A stretch of 64,000 nt of DNA, taken from positions 3,720,001 to 3,784,000 of the forward strand of contig NC_043000.1 of the NCBI RefSeq assembly GCF_006345805.1, in the 5' to 3' direction. The position numbers and the translations under genes are program-made. Positions 25,291-39,410 of this stretch are shown here, piece by piece; position 1 is the stretch's first letter, and each line of letters starts with the position of its first letter. The notes below the pieces were generated by a model that made no database searches, had not been told where the DNA came from, and saw only the letters and a list, made by a program, of their open reading frames with translations. The DNA comes from Octopus sinensis. Taxonomy: Eukaryota.

Positions 25291-25692
25291 CAGTGCTCCA
25301 CAACTGGTATGTGGTTGTTGTTGTTGTTGTTGTTAAGCAGCAAGACAGGTAAGGGTGATTAGGGGATGGTCTAGGGCTTAGGGGCGGGAGACCCAAGACC
25401 TTGGAAAAAAAAACAATTTTGGTCGTCTTGTTGTAGTCGAGGGCTCTTCGTCGACACCTGACACCACTGGGAGGTGGCCTTCGAAGTCACTGGAAATGGA
25501 GATCTCCAGGTCCAAATTCTTGAACGGCCAACTGGTATGCTGCAGCATACTGGTGTGCCACGAGACGATGCTAGGTGTGCCGCAGTGTAACTTGAATATA
25601 ATTTTTTTTTTCCTAGTTTTAGTTCAAGTGTGCCACTGAATTTTGAAAAGAATATAAGTGTACTGCAAGTGGAAAATGGTTGCAAAGCACTG
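25291..25692. mobile_element. hAT (Charlie-like) non-autonomous element
   Basis: Ends are cagtgctccacaac and ggttgcaaagcactg. The flanking 8-mers atataaag and gtataaaa match at 6/8. Interrupted by 25312-25528. Confidence 0.65.
25312..25528 (-). mobile_element. Short non-LTR retroelement 3' end with (AAC)n tail
   Basis: 11-bp TSD caactggtatg at 25301-25311 and 25529-25539, and a (GTT)n run at the left end. Clade not identified. Confidence 0.75.
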
Positions 25693-26027
25693 GTATAAAA
25701 GTTTGATGAGTAGGAACATTGTAACAATGTGTAGAGGTGTAGAAATGTTGTAACAAAACTGTATAGTGTGTACATGGCTTGTAACAAAAGTATTTAATGT
25801 GTTGATTTGTAATATTGGGTAACGTGCAAAGAAGAAGTAGGTAATGTAACAATATCGTACAGGGTATAGAGTGGTAGTTTGTAAGAATAGTAGACAGTGT
25901 GAAGAACAACAGTAGAAGAGTAATGACAATGAGGTGTGTAGAGAAGTAGAAGTTGTAACAGTGTACGGCATGTATAGGAATAGGCATTGTAGCATAGTGA
26001 ACACCATGTAGTGGTATACAGAAACAA

Positions 26028-26258
26028 GGCGGCGAGCTGGCAGAAACGTTAGCACGCCGGGCGAAATGCGTAGCCGTATTTCGTCTGCCATTACGTTCTG
26101 AGTTCAAATTCCGTCGAGGTCGACTTTGCCTTTCATCCTTTTGAGGTCAATAAAATTAGTACCAGTTACGCGCTGGGGTCGATATAACCGACTTAATCCG
26201 TTTGTCTGTCCTTGTTTGTCCCCTCTGTGTTTAGCCCCTTGTGGGTAATAAAGAAACA
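26028..26258 (+). mobile_element. SINE family B, full length
   Basis: TSD ggtatacagaaacaa / ggtacacagaaacaa. Confidence 0.92.
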
Positions 26259-26980
26259 GGTACACAGAAACAAAGGTGTAATGATACTGTATAGTTTGCA
26301 GAGGTGATGAAGTGTTGTGACAATACTGTACAGTGTGTAGAGAGCTACTGAGTTATAAAACCCATCATACTGCTTCAATAACATCATTTCATTAACATCA
26401 ATGTAAATATAACACAACCACTTCCTAAATAGAACAGTTATTAAATTGATAATATCTATTTCAGGAGACATTATGATATTCCTAATAATAAAATCTATTT
26501 AAAAGTGAACATAATTTAGTACATTTAAATAGGGGGTTCTGCAATAGTACATTTTTCATGGCTGTTTGATCACTAAACCCAAAGTGTAAAGAAATTAATT
26601 GAGAATAAAGTATAATTTAATATCATACTCATCATCATCACTTTACATCCATTTTTCATTCTGACACAAAGGGATTGATTTAAATTCAACAAATTATTAA
26701 ACCTATCTTTAATGTATTTTGAGAAAAGGGAAGGTGATGCTTTTGATGTCCATGCCGTATTGAAGACATTAATGATATAGAATATTGAAAGGTATTCTTC
26801 TGACAAGGTGCTAAATCATCTGCAGAAAATTTAATTGATATGAAAGAATAGGAGAACGAAATAGAAAAGATATAACATCTTTACATAGAAATTGCCAAAA
26901 TGGTTGATGCCCTTTGTTATATTACACCATGTTAATTACAACACCTTATACTGTCATTCCAGCTTAATTAGTAAAGTAAT

Positions 26981-27606
26981 TACTCTCTTTTACTTGTTTC
27001 AGTCATTTGACTGGGGCCATGCTGAATCACCGCCTTTAGTCGAGCAAATCGACCCCGGGACTTATTCTTTGTAAGCCCAGTACTTATTCTATCGGTCTCT
27101 CTTGCCGAACCGCTAAGTGACGGGGACGTAAACACACCAGCATCGGTTGTCAAGCAATGCTAGGGGGAAAAACACAGACACACAAACACACACACACATA
27201 CATATAATCGAAGGAGAGGGGCTTTCTCCGTCCGGATTGCGGATCCGTGGAACAAGCTGCCAGACGAGATGGTGAAGATGTCAACGACCGCTTTGTTCAA
27301 AGTCTCCCTTGACCTCAAGTGGCCTGAACTCTTTACATGAACACCACCCTGTACATAACTCCATGTCCACCTACATGGCCTTGCTTTTTGCTTTTTGAGC
27401 CAAAAAAGTAACTAACTAACATATATATATATATATATACATACATACGACAGGCTTCTTTCAGTTTCCGTCAACCAAATCCACTCACAAGGCATTGGTT
27501 GGCCCGGGGCTATAGCAGAAGACACTTGCCCAAGATGCCATGCAATGGGACTGAACCCGGAACCATGTGGTTGGTTAGCAAGCTACTTACCACACAGCCA
27601 CTCCTG
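26981..27606 (-). mobile_element. SINE family A interrupted by a CR1-like 3' end
   Basis: The two halves flank 27207-27420. Confidence 0.92.
27207..27420 (+). mobile_element. CR1/L2-group LINE 3' end with (TAAC)n tail
   Basis: Reads RRRGAFSVRIADPWNKLPDEMVKMSTTALFKVSLDLKWPELFT*, then a short UTR and taactaactaac. Confidence 0.85.
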
Positions 27607-28339
27607 ATAACTTTACAAATAAGACATCATTACACAACCTGGTGTTTTCTTTTGTTTTCTATCAAAAACAAACTTCAATCAAGATGACAGATAGGAAACT
27701 ACAGAAATACACACTCCCTACATTAAATGACATGGCAGAAAATCTTTTTAAGAAAATGCTAGAATGTCTAGTTGTAATGTTTTATATCTACAAAACATTA
27801 GATTAATAGAAAACAAAAACAAAGTGCAATTAGCAATGCATCATCAGTGCAAACTAATTACTTTCTCATATTATTTCTAAACTGTAAAAGTATAATTTAG
27901 GTCAATGTCAATATGTATAGCTGCAAGAAATGATAGGGGAAAGCTGGTGTCAGCTATTGGTAACAGGTGGACTTTACTTTCTAAAGATAACTTCAGTTTG
28001 ATACATAACTATCATTCAGATATGTTTTCAAACAAAGTGTTATTGAATATACATTTCAATAGTAAGAAACTCTCAAGAGAACTGCACAGCAGAGGGTCTT
28101 CAGAGAACACACTGCCCTCAAGCAAGTGTTTTAACTGTTAACTTCCTACAGTCTAAGGGAGCTGGGCTGCACCCATGTCATGATTCCTGGGCACTCTTCT
28201 ACTGACACTTCTTAGCTGCTTGGATATCAGAGACTCATGCATTTAAACTGCTTGGTTTCATCCAGCAGGAGCTCCTCTTTGTTGACTCGGCTTTCAAACG
28301 TATATAAAAAAAAATGGCTTTAACAAATACCCGACATAT

Positions 28340-28743
28340 CTCTTTACTCTTTTACACATTTACTTGTTTCAGTCATTTGACTGCGGCCATGCTGGAGCAC
28401 CACCTTTAGTCGAGGAAATCGACGCCCAGGACTTATTCTTTGTAAGTCTAGTACTTATTTTGCCGAACCGCTAAGTTACGGGGACGTAAACACACCAGCA
28501 TCGGTTATCAAGCGATGTTGGGGGACAAACACAGACACACAAACATATACACACACACTTATATATATATACATATATACGACAGGCTTCTTTCAGTTTC
28601 CGTCTACCAAATCCACTCACAAGGCATTGGTCGGCCCGGGGCTATAGCAGAAGACACTTGCCCAAGATGCCACGCAGTGGGACTGAACCCGGAACCATGT
28701 GGTTGGTTAGCAAGCTACTTACCACACAGCCACTCCTGTGCCT
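28340..28743 (-). mobile_element. SINE family A, full length
   Basis: Matches the family A consensus. Confidence 0.92.
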
Positions 28744-30316
28744 TTTTTTTAATGTATTTTTTTTTTAGAAACAAAATACAACAAACTAATGACTTTTTAA
28801 TTCCTATATTAACAAGATGTCATTACAAAAAGACACAATTTTCTGAATAACAATAAATCATCAACAACTTGCCATGTGGTTCAGAAATTTGCTAGGCAAC
28901 CACATACTTCAGAATTCAGTCTCACTGCACAGCACTTTGGACAAGCATGTTCTACTGCACCTCCCTGGTAGAATGTGGCAGACAGGAACTGGGCAAAAGC
29001 TCATTGTGTGTGAGTGTACACACACATACATACACACCTTCTGCATAGTTTATATATATATATATATTGTTTATGAGCAGCTTTTGATTTTTTCTTCCCA
29101 AAGGGTCTTTTGGCTCAATATTTACACATTATTATTTATAGCTTAATCTATTTTGAGTTTCACCATTAAATAAAAATGCAATAGTTTATCAAATATATAT
29201 ACACACACGCACACATAAACCAAACATATACTGATACAAATACACACAAACATGCACACACTTCCATGTGTATATGTATCTTTTGCTGATATACATTGGC
29301 AATCAATATAAACATCAGCAAGTCCCTTGAGATAATAGTTCTGTATCACATTAGACTCCCTTGTCACTGTCCAACAGAAATGCTGTGAATCAGTGATTGG
29401 CCAAGGACCAACAGCACAATCATTCACAAATTGTGATAAATAAATGGTAATAAATCAATATTTTTGACAAACACAATTCCCTCCTGTCATGTCATAGAAT
29501 GTCGATAGTTTATTTGTTCTTCAGTCACTGTTCCTTGAAATTCATTTGAGGTCAATTAAAACTCATCTAAGATAATTCTGAGTTAAAGAAACAAAAGAAA
29601 TGCTCATTCAAAGGGGAAAAAATTACATTTATAGGATATTACCTTTTGATATATGAATGATTGCAGAGATAAAGAGATAAGACAAATAATTGTCTTTATT
29701 AACAGATATCTATGAAGAAAAATAAAGGCAATTACATTGCACTATCAATCAAGTTCGATAATATTAATTTAGGGAGACAGAATATAGTGGAATATTTCAT
29801 CAGTTGTATATATTAAGAGTATACACTCTAATATAAATACGAAAGTAAGTTGTTAATAATAAACAAAATATATTAGATCATGACTCGCTCTCGTATTATT
29901 CACAGAGACGGCTTTTGCTATATCATATTTTATACCTCCAAGGTAAAACACCAAAATGTGCACAAGAAAAATAATTAAATATTTTGTGAGTTGTTATCAT
30001 CACCATCACTACCATATGCACAAGAAACTACTACAATACCATTCACCATCTTGAAATTAATCTAATATTTCAGCTTTACAATTCAAGAAGTTATGAAGTT
30101 CTTCAAGAGTTTTAACCTCATTCACATATAGTTTATTTCAAGAAAGATTTCTGCCAAGGTTTTCAAAATAACTACCAAATAGAAAATGACATGTTAAAAC
30201 AAACTGTATCACTGTGCATATGTGATGCAAGTTAAGAGAAATGCTTGAAAAAAAGCAAAACTGAGAATACTCCTGGCAGAGAAAAACTAAGGAATGTCTA
30301 GAAAGAAGTGGTGAGG

Positions 30317-30443
30317 ATGGTTCCGGGTTCAGTCCCACTGTATGGCACCTTGGGCAAGTGTCTTCTGCTATAGCCTCGGGCTGACCAAAGCCTTGTGAGT
30401 GGATTTGGTAGACAGAAACTGAAAGAAGCCTGTCGTATATATG

Positions 30444-30501
<58 letters not shown>

Positions 30502-30725
30502 CGTGTGTGTATATGTGTGTGTGTCTGTGTTTGTCCCCCCAACATCACTTGACAACCGACGCTGGTGTGTTTACATCCCCGTAACTTAGTGGTTCAGCAA
30601 AAGAGACCGATAGAATAAGTCCTAGGCTTACAAAGAATAAGTCCTGGGGTTGATTTGCTCAACTAAAGGCAGTGCTCCAGCATGGTCGCAGTCAAATGAC
30701 TGAAAGAAGTAAAAGAGTAAAGAGT
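30317..30725 (+). mobile_element. SINE family A, 5'-truncated
   Basis: Starts at atggttccgggttcagtccc. Confidence 0.92.
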
Positions 30726-32639
30726 ATATGGCTGATATTATCATCATAAAACTTTGTATAGTAATAAATATTAAATTTCTCACACTTCTAAAAGTTTGAG
30801 ACTGTCGTGTTAAGGTAGGTATATACACCTCTGGCTTGCAAGTTCAAACCCTACTGTTGTCTCTTTTAATTTTTATACTTTCAAGATCAATTTGACATTA
30901 TTACACTCCAATACAGTCGAACATCAGCAGTGTTACACTAACAAACAATATCAACAGTGTCTCACAGTTGCACTACACTGGAACCTTGATATATTTATAT
31001 GTAGTTTTCAAAGAAAAAATAAATGATGGCTAAAATTTAAGAATTTATTTTGAACTGAAAATATTGTCAGAAGGAAATTAAGTAGGGATTCTATTAATTT
31101 AACAATCGCTTTTAACATGAGAATAATAAGGAGGTGAGAAAATGCCTGTCTTTAAATTCCCCCATCCCTAATCAATCAAATCACAAACTTTCATTGCTGC
31201 ATATTGATAATGAAGTTCTCTTGACTATTAGTCTGTGAAATAGAGAGAATCCTTCCCTCCCTACAAATGATTACTAAGGCATTGTCACCTTAACCTATAC
31301 TTACTTTAATACTCATGACATCCAATATTCTTCTCACACCTTCAATACATAGACAAAGAAAGATCTAAATAATATTTGAGGATTATTTTATGTCAGTTAA
31401 CGGAGGGGGCCCGTGACCTTCACAGTAGGCTGCTGAGACTGATGCAATGTAGAGTAGAAGGGGAACTAGGTGTCTGGTTCAAATGTTTGAATAAGAAGGA
31501 ACTTTTTTTTTAAGGCATCCAAGGACCAGATAGTGTAGATGAGCCAAGAGGTGTATTAAGCCTGTTAGTGCGACATGTCTCACCTAAACTGAGTAAATAA
31601 GAATAGATATTTATTTTAGCCAAATGGTGGTTGAAACTGTCCCTGAACAACTTTCTCTTATTCATATTTATCTTTCTTCATCAATTATACTATACTGAAG
31701 ACAAAGGGTTATAATGATGATGTTTAGTCCAAGATCTACTCTTATCTATGACCATAGATGTTCTGGCCACGACCAATCTGGGGGGTTTTTTGTGTAGGTC
31801 AAGATGTCTCCATCTTCCTTTGACCCTTTTGATATAAACTTAAAACGATGCAAAAATTAAAACCTTCCTTCAAAATTTCGTATTAATTTCTGTTCCAAAT
31901 ACCAACTTAATATTTTCAAAATAAATTGAAACATAGGTAATGTATTAAATAGAGTGGGATTTCAGGGAATTTGGCTATTATTTCTAACAGATTGAGCAAC
32001 CACATGAGACTCCCTTGATGATGTTGGTTGTAATTGTGAGGACTACCATCGCTAGAGTATTAAGCTAAATTGAATATCTGATTATTACTAGAATAAAATA
32101 AGATGTGGAGTCACATTTTATCAGATGAGTTCTTAATAAAATTACAATTTTTTTCAATTAAACTTGGAAGATGTAAAATATTTCATGATATCCACATTGA
32201 TAAATTATGACCTCTGACCGTCACCAAGAGTCTTATTCCTGGATGTATATGCATAGTATCAAACCAGATTCAAACTAAAATCCTTTTTCTTTCTAAACTA
32301 AGGGGAATAATGCACACTGCTACTAGGCCTTGGTGAGATGGATAAGAAAGTCAACCTGTACAGTGTGAATATGAGAAACACTAATTACACTTCAACTATT
32401 ATCTCATAGACAAGCTGTCTCCTCACAGTCTTTTCTACTGAAACAACAATGACTTCTTATCAAAGCTAGTTGGTTTTATACCACCTGCACTCAAATTCAT
32501 CCTTGACTCTCCTTTTCACAAAACCAATACTGTGTCTTACCTGCCTCACACCTCCAGGCATCTGCTATAATGACCTGTCCCCAATCCTTCCTCCCCAAGG
32601 CATCAATTAACTAGGATTCCATTTACTATTTTTTACTAT

Positions 32640-33050
32640 TTACTATTTTATTTGTTTCAGTCATTTGACTGTGGCCATGCTGGAGCACTGCCTATAGTCA
32701 AGCAAATCGACCCCAGGACTTATTCTTTGTAAGCCTAGTACTTATTGTATTGGTCGCTTTTGCCGAACCGTTAAGTTACGTTGATGTAAACACACCATCA
32801 TTGGTTGTCAAGCGATGTTGGGGGGGACGACAAACGCAGACACACAAACAAACACACACATACATATATATATATATACATATATACGATGGGCTTCTTT
32901 CAGTTTCCGTCAACCAAATCCACTCACAAGGCTTTGGTCGACCCAAGGTTATAGTAGAAGAGACTTGCCCAAGGTGTCACGCAGTGGGACTGAACCCGGA
33001 ACCATGTGGTTCGTAAACAAGCTACTTACCACACAGCCACTCCTACGCCT
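32640..33050 (-). mobile_element. SINE family A, full length
   Basis: Matches the family A consensus. Confidence 0.92.
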
Positions 33051-33216
33051 GTTGATGACACTATAGCAAAAGTCTTGCTAATTAAGCATGTTTTTTTTAC
33101 CTATACATGTTGACTGTCTGATGTTCAAGATGAACATCAGCTGTATCAGTCTCAACCAACCCTTTCTTCCTGACTAAACCGTAAAAAAAATGTTGGGCTC
33201 TGTAATTTAAGAAGAT

Positions 33217-33435
33217 CAACCATTTAGCATTCCGGTTACTCTATCAAATGTAATGTTTATTTATTCTTACTGTTTTGAATTAAACATGCATTATCTTGTA
33301 GCTTCAAGACTTTGATGATGTAATTATTTATTTTTAGAAATGACATTGTAGGGTAAGTGTCAGAGGCTGGATCTAGTAAGTTTGAGCGTAAAACATACAG
33401 AATATGTAAACCGGATATAGTTTGTTTAAATGCTA
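33217..33435. mobile_element. piggyBac-like MITE, same family as 63266-63493
   Basis: tcaaccatttagcatt...aaatgtaatgtttatt...agaaatgacattgtagg...gtttaaatgct. Confidence 0.65.
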
Positions 33436-33977
33436 CTTCAAAATAATAATACCCAGATGTATAAACTTATGAAATATTAATGTATACAGCTTTGTTACAG
33501 GTGTATCAACATAAAATGGGCTTCCACCAGTAAAATACCTTCTTTCAAATATGTAAATATCCAGCTTTACAAAACTATCAAACCCATAATGTAATAGAAA
33601 GAGGAAATAAGAATGCATTCATTGACTGCAGATTTTCCATATCTAACAAATTCTTTAATAGTATTGGCTCTATTTAGGCAAAAATAAAATTGTCACTGAT
33701 GTAATCTATATTTGTCACCAAAGCTCTTTAAATTAGATTTTTACTACCAAGTAAAAAAGTTAAGAAGATATTTCAAGCTAAATTGACAACTCAATCTAGT
33801 AAGGTCATCTTCACAAAACAATATATATATTTTTATCTGTTTTTTACCTATCAACTTAGAACATACCAGATAGTCCAATGAGGAAACCTCTATGTGGTTG
33901 ACAGACATGCTAGAAGTAGCAGACAAATCTTTAAAATCATCACACCATTTTAGTTATTATTTAAAAAAGGACATCAC

Positions 33978-34640
33978 AGGTATGGCTCACTTTGCAACCA
34001 CATGGTTCTGAGTTCAGTCCCACTGCACAGCACCTTAAGCATACATCTTCCACTTATAGCCTTGAGCTAGCCAATGCCTTGTGAGTGAATTTGGTAAGAT
34101 GGAAACTGAAAGAAGCCTTTCATATGTGTGTGTGTATGTGAGTGTGTGTTTGTATACACTGCTGCTTGACAACTGGTAGTTTTGTTTACATCTCTAAATC
34201 TTAGTGGCTCAGCAAAAGTGATCAATAGAATAAGTATCATCATCATCATCATCATCATCGTTTAACGTCCGTTCTCCATGCTAGCATGGGTTGGACGGTT
34301 CGACTGGGGATCTGGGAAGCCAGAAGGCTGCACCAGGCTCCGGTCTTATCTGGCAATGTTTCTACAGCTGGATGCCCTTCCTAACGCCAACCACTCCGTG
34401 AGTGTAGTGGGTGCTTTTTACGTGCCACCTGCACTGGTGCCAGGCGAGGCTGGCATCGGCCACGGTCGGATTGGTGCATTTTACGTGCCACCTGCACGGA
34501 AGCCAGTCGAGGTGGCACTGGCTTCGGCCACGATTCGGATGGTGCTTTTATCAGATTTAAAAATTAGTACTGCTGCTGAGATTTTCAATTAAAACCATTT
34601 ATGGTGATGCCCCAGCATGGCCACAGTCCAATGACTAAAA
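33978..34640 (+). mobile_element. Degraded SINE family A split by an RTE 3' UTR copy (34237-34550, minus strand)
   Basis: The A body runs to aataagtat, then (CAT)n...gtgccacctgcacg, then the A tail ccccagcatggccacagtc. Confidence 0.8.
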
Positions 34641-34814
34641 CAGATGTATCTATTGTCTTAGATACCTGGAGATAAACAACAACATATCAGAACTGACAAC
34701 AGTTATCTGAAAACAAATAAAACAATGTAATTCAAGATACTCTATACTTGAAAAAGGATTAGATGGTCAAGGCCGGAGTGTTTTTGATATGTCTACACAT
34801 GCAGGAGAGTTACC

Positions 34815-35365
34815 TGGCGTGCTAACATTTCTGGCAGCTCACCAATAATAAAAATTGTTTATAAATTCAATTCAAAGTTAGTAATTCTGGGGTAAGGGTA
34901 CAGTCAATTACATCAACTCCAGTACAGAGATCAAATTCACAGTTTTGAGGGGAGGGGGTAAGTTAATTACATTGATTCCATACCTCAATAGGTACATATT
35001 TTATTGACTCTGAAAGGACAAATAGACAAAGTTGACCTCAGAATGACCAGAAGAAATACTGCTAAGTATTTTCTCTGATATGCTAATGCTTCTGCCAGCT
35101 TGCTGCTGCTACTACTACTACTACTACTACTACTACAACAACAATCCTTTCTACTATTGGCACAAGGCCTGAAATTTTGGGAAAGGGGGGAGTCAATTAC
35201 ACCCATCCCAGTGCTCAACTTGTATTTATTTTATTGACCCCAAGACGATGAAAGATAAAGTCAACCTCAGTGGGATTTGAACTCAGGACATAAAGCTGAA
35301 AGAAATGCTGCTAAGCATACTGTCCAGCACAGTAACAATACTGCCAGCTTGCCATCTTAATAACA
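34815..35365 (-). mobile_element. Two degraded SINE family E copies
   Basis: Reverse-strand matches to aagtcaacctcagtgggatttgaactcag and ctgccagcttgcc, separated by (CTA)n. Confidence 0.6.
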
Positions 35366-36049
35366 ATACCAACAACAACACCAGTACTGGTATCAAATTT
35401 CTAACATCAGCACAAAGCCACAAATTTGGCGGAAAGATACAGTCAGTCATGTGAACCTCAGTACTTAACTGGTTGTTATTTAATTGAATGCCAAAAAGTC
35501 GAATGCATCGTTGACTCAGACAGGATATAAATTCAGAGTGTACAGAGATATAACTAGATCTAGCAAGGAATTTAATCACTCGATCAATTCTAACATCCAT
35601 TTCCCATCTTCTAAAGATTTCTTACATTGGCACAAGGCCACAATTCTTTTGTGAATATAGTGATTTATATGAACACTCAGTACTTGACTGGAACTCCATA
35701 CTGTCAAACCTACAGAAATGAAAGGAAAAATCGATCACAGCAGAATTTCTGTCCAAAATGGAAAAATGTAACTAAATACAGTAAAGTATTAAGCCAATCC
35801 ACTAGCAAAAACCAAAATCAAGCATCTAAAATATCTGTAAACCATTGTTTGCAGATGACTGTAGATTGCTTGTTCCAGATGAGTCCAGTATATGTGTACT
35901 GATCAATTCTCAAAAGACCAGGACAAATTTAAATTGTAAGGTGATTAGGTAGAAACATCTGGCTATGTGCAAGAATCCCTTCACTGCCACCAAGTGATTG
36001 CACATTCCCTTTCAGATGAAGAAAGAGGTATCAAGCATCAACCCTCCCA

Positions 36050-38100
36050 CTATGAGTGACCCTTCTCTTCTATCAGATAAAAACCTCAGGGCTGCAACTG
36101 TTAATGTTGATTCAATGAAAAGTAGTTCTTGTGAGATCGTGGGGTTGCCAGAGTTGGTACAAATGAATGTGTGCATCAGTATAATTTTTCTAGGTAGGTA
36201 ACAACACTGGTTTGGGTGGAATAGGCAATCTGAAAGATGTAAACATAAAATAACTGAAGTAATGAGAAAATCTGATGATAATTAAGCTTAGATTAGGATT
36301 TGGCAAAGAAACAGCAACTGTTATTTCTGCTTATCCTCACAATTGGAACTAAATGATGAGCAAAAGAGTTGCTTCTACAATGCTCTCCAGCGAACTTCTT
36401 CAAATAAACTGTAACAATACCATATGGCTTATGACATCAATGGGCATTCTAGGTAGCATGATGGCTAAATGGTTCTAGAAATGAGGAGAGATCAGGCTTT
36501 TGGAGTTCTGTTATGAAAATCTGAAATACAAATTTCATGAAACCAATCAACCTGTTTGATCACCTTCCAATTAGGCAATCATGCAAACTAAACAGATTTC
36601 ATTCTCATCGGTAAATTAGATAGGCCAATGGTTGTAAATACTTATTTCTTTCAGGGTGAAGTATGTACCACTTAACACAGACCACTGATTTAATGGTTTT
36701 AGAATAAGAGTTAGACAGAATGATACAAAAGACAGACTGAAGAAGAAAGGTGTGAAACTAAAATACCATTTGGCTAAATATATATTCAGAATGATTTTAG
36801 ATGATGTCTGACAAAAAGGAGGAGACAGAGATCTTTAACTTAGAGAACAACTGGTAGTTATGAGATAACCTGCTGAAAGCTACAGGTTGGATCTGTGAGT
36901 GAAGCAAAGTAACAGCTAGACAAAAAGGAATATGAAGGTAGAATACTACTGTGAAGGCTGGCTTTGGGTTCAGTGAGAAATTTAGAGTGTAAGCAGGTGT
37001 CAACCAAGTCTCTGCTCTAAGGCCCCTCCTCAAGGCCATAGATGTTAAGACCAGTTGCCTATCAAAATTTCGATATGATGATGACCTAATTCTTAAAGCA
37101 GAGACTGTGGAAAAGATAGAGAAAATCCAGACATGGAAATGAAACCTAGAATCAAGAATCTTCACAGTAAACTCAGCAAAGTCTATGTATTCAGCAAGCT
37201 GGAAAGAAGATGGGACCTCTGATACCAACAGAAAAATGATCGCAGGAGTGGATGTGTGGTAAGTAGCTTGCTAACCAACCACATGGTTCCAGGTTCAGTC
37301 CCACTGCATGGCATCTTGGGCAAGTGTCTTCTGCTATAGCCCCGGGCCGACCAATGCCTTGTGAGTGGATTTGGTAGACGGAAACTGAAAGAAGCCTGTC
37401 GTATATATGTATATCTATATATATGTGTGTGTGTGTCTGTGTTTGTTCCCCTAGCATTGCTTGACAACCGATGCTGGTGTGTTTACGTCCCCGTCACTTA
37501 GTGGTTCGGCAAAAAGAGACCAATAGAATAAGTACTGGGCTTACAAAAAGAATAAGTCCCGGTGTCGAGTTGCTCGACTAAAGGCGGTGCTCCAGCATGG
37601 CCGCAGTCAAATGACTGAAACAAGTAAAAGAGTAAAAGAGTATACTCAATATTCAGAAAAAGAGTAGATAGTTTTTCTGTATGACGTACCTAATGTGAAC
37701 AATGGGTTGTGTATGAGGTAAAATAGAATCAAAGGCAAGCTAGAGTGGACAAATAATTTACCAGTGGTACATGTACAGGAGTATTTAGTCCCTAAGCCAA
37801 GCAGTAAAATAAATTCCTTGCAATGCTTAGAAGACTCTGCAAAAGTAGTTGATAATTTCTGTCACCTAGGTGACATAATTAGCAGTAAAGGAGTGTGTTC
37901 TAAAGTCATAGTAACTAAAATAAGATTAGAGTTGGAAAAGTTCAGAAAACTATTATCTTTGCTGATAACAAAAGGATTCTTATACTAAACAAAGGGTTTG
38001 TTGTAAATGCTTGTATGTGACCTGCAATGCTTCATGATAGTAAGGTGTGGGTACAGAATGCAAAGAATGCGCAGAGGCTGGAAAACATTCATCCACACTG
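36050..38100 (+). mobile_element. Old degraded RTE LINE interrupted by SINE A (37241-37641)
   Basis: Reads LRAATVNVDSMK...EIV (APE start) and KVVDNFCHLGDIISSKGVCS...KFRKLLSLL (RT C-terminus). Confidence 0.7.
37241..37641 (+). mobile_element. SINE family A, full length
   Basis: Matches the family A consensus. Confidence 0.92.
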
Positions 38101-39040
38101 TGCTTCATAAACCCTTGACATTATTGTTCCCATCTCCATTATTCCCACCCTAACACCATTTCCTTTGTTATTCTCTCATTTACCATTTTTTTCACAACAA
38201 ATCTCTTCCAGCTATCATGGAGGCTCTCTTTTTGCTTTGCAAGCAACAGTGCTGGTGCCACAAAAGGCATGATTAAAAAGTTCGCTTTGCAACCATGTGG
38301 GTTTTGGTCCAGTCCCACTGCACTGCAATTTGAGCAGGAGTGTCCAACTATAGTTTTGAGTTGATCAAGAGCTTGAGTGAAATTTGGTAGACAGAAACAG
38401 TATGGAAGCCAACCACGTGTGTGTGTGTGTGTGTGAGGGTGACGATGTATGGGCTAGTGGTGAGGGTGTTATACTTGCAATTGCAAGATCACAGTTTCAG
38501 TTTCTGGACCAGGTGGTTCATTGTGTTCTTGAGCAAAACACTTCATCTCATGTTGCTCTGTGATCACTTCGACACCTGACATGTGGTACACTGTGCACCT
38601 GTTCAGGCAACATTGATTTGATGGAGAGAGTTAGCAAATGTGCGGCATATAGATTGGATCACTAGAAACAAATCATTTGAGCAGGTTGTTCAGCAAGAAA
38701 TTACAGAACCATCTTATAAAGTATACCCCTTTCTTGGACTATGAGAGACTACCATCATAACTGTGTGTGTGCGTGTGTGAGAGGGAGAGTGTGTGTGTGT
38801 GGACATGTATGTCTTTATATTCATGCCACTTAAAATATCAGTGACGTTGTCCATGTACCACAACACAGCATTTCCACAAATACACACAGATGAAATAGGT
38901 TCCAAACTAAAAGAATAATTATTGAGGTTGATATTCTCCACTAACCTCTTGGAGGTGGTGCCCCAGCATGGTAGCAATCCAAATAAATGGTAAAAGGCTA
39001 AATGACTCAAGATATATAAACATCATATTCAATCATACTT

Positions 39041-39410
39041 AGGCGCAGGAGTGGTTGTGTGGTAAGTAGCTTGCTAACCAACCACATGGTTCCGGGTTCA
39101 GTCCCACTGCGTGGCATCTTGGACAAGTGTCTTCTGCTATAGCCCCGGGCCGACCAATGCCTTGTGAGTGGATTTGGTAGACGGAAACTGAAAGAAGCCT
39201 ATCGTATATATGTATATCTATATATGTGTGTGTGTGTGTTTGTGTGTCTGTGTTTGTCCTCCTAGCATTGCTTGACAACCGATGCTGGTGTGTTTATGTC
39301 CCCGTCACTTAGCGGTTCGGCAAACGAATAAGTCCCGGGGTCGATTTGCTCGACTAAAGGCGGTGCTCCAGCATGGCCACAGTCAAACGACTGAAACAAG
39401 TAAAAGAGTA
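39041..39410 (+). mobile_element. SINE family A with internal deletion
   Basis: Lacks the gagaccgatagaataagtactgggcttacaaa segment. Confidence 0.92.

Larger units (their letters stand above)
24170..26360. repeat. Degenerate ~35-40-bp minisatellite interrupted by several TEs
   Basis: A unit like gaggagtagagatgttgtaacaatactgtacagtgtgta recurs near 24231, 25120, 25200, 25730, 25920 and 26300. Confidence 0.7.

Noticed and set aside
26703-26819. 117-nt candidate exon (ttttctgcag...ATAG|GTTTAA)
   Set aside because: Weak donor, no recognisable homology, and phase incompatible with the other candidates. Such matches are common in AT-rich DNA.
28219-28290. Peptide RVNKEELLLDETKQFKCMSL* in phase with the first exon
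   Set aside because: Poor acceptor (ttgaaag) and no supporting evidence.
29643-29709. 67-nt candidate exon with good splice sites
   Set aside because: Low-complexity AT-rich sequence with no homology. It cannot be supported without RNA data.
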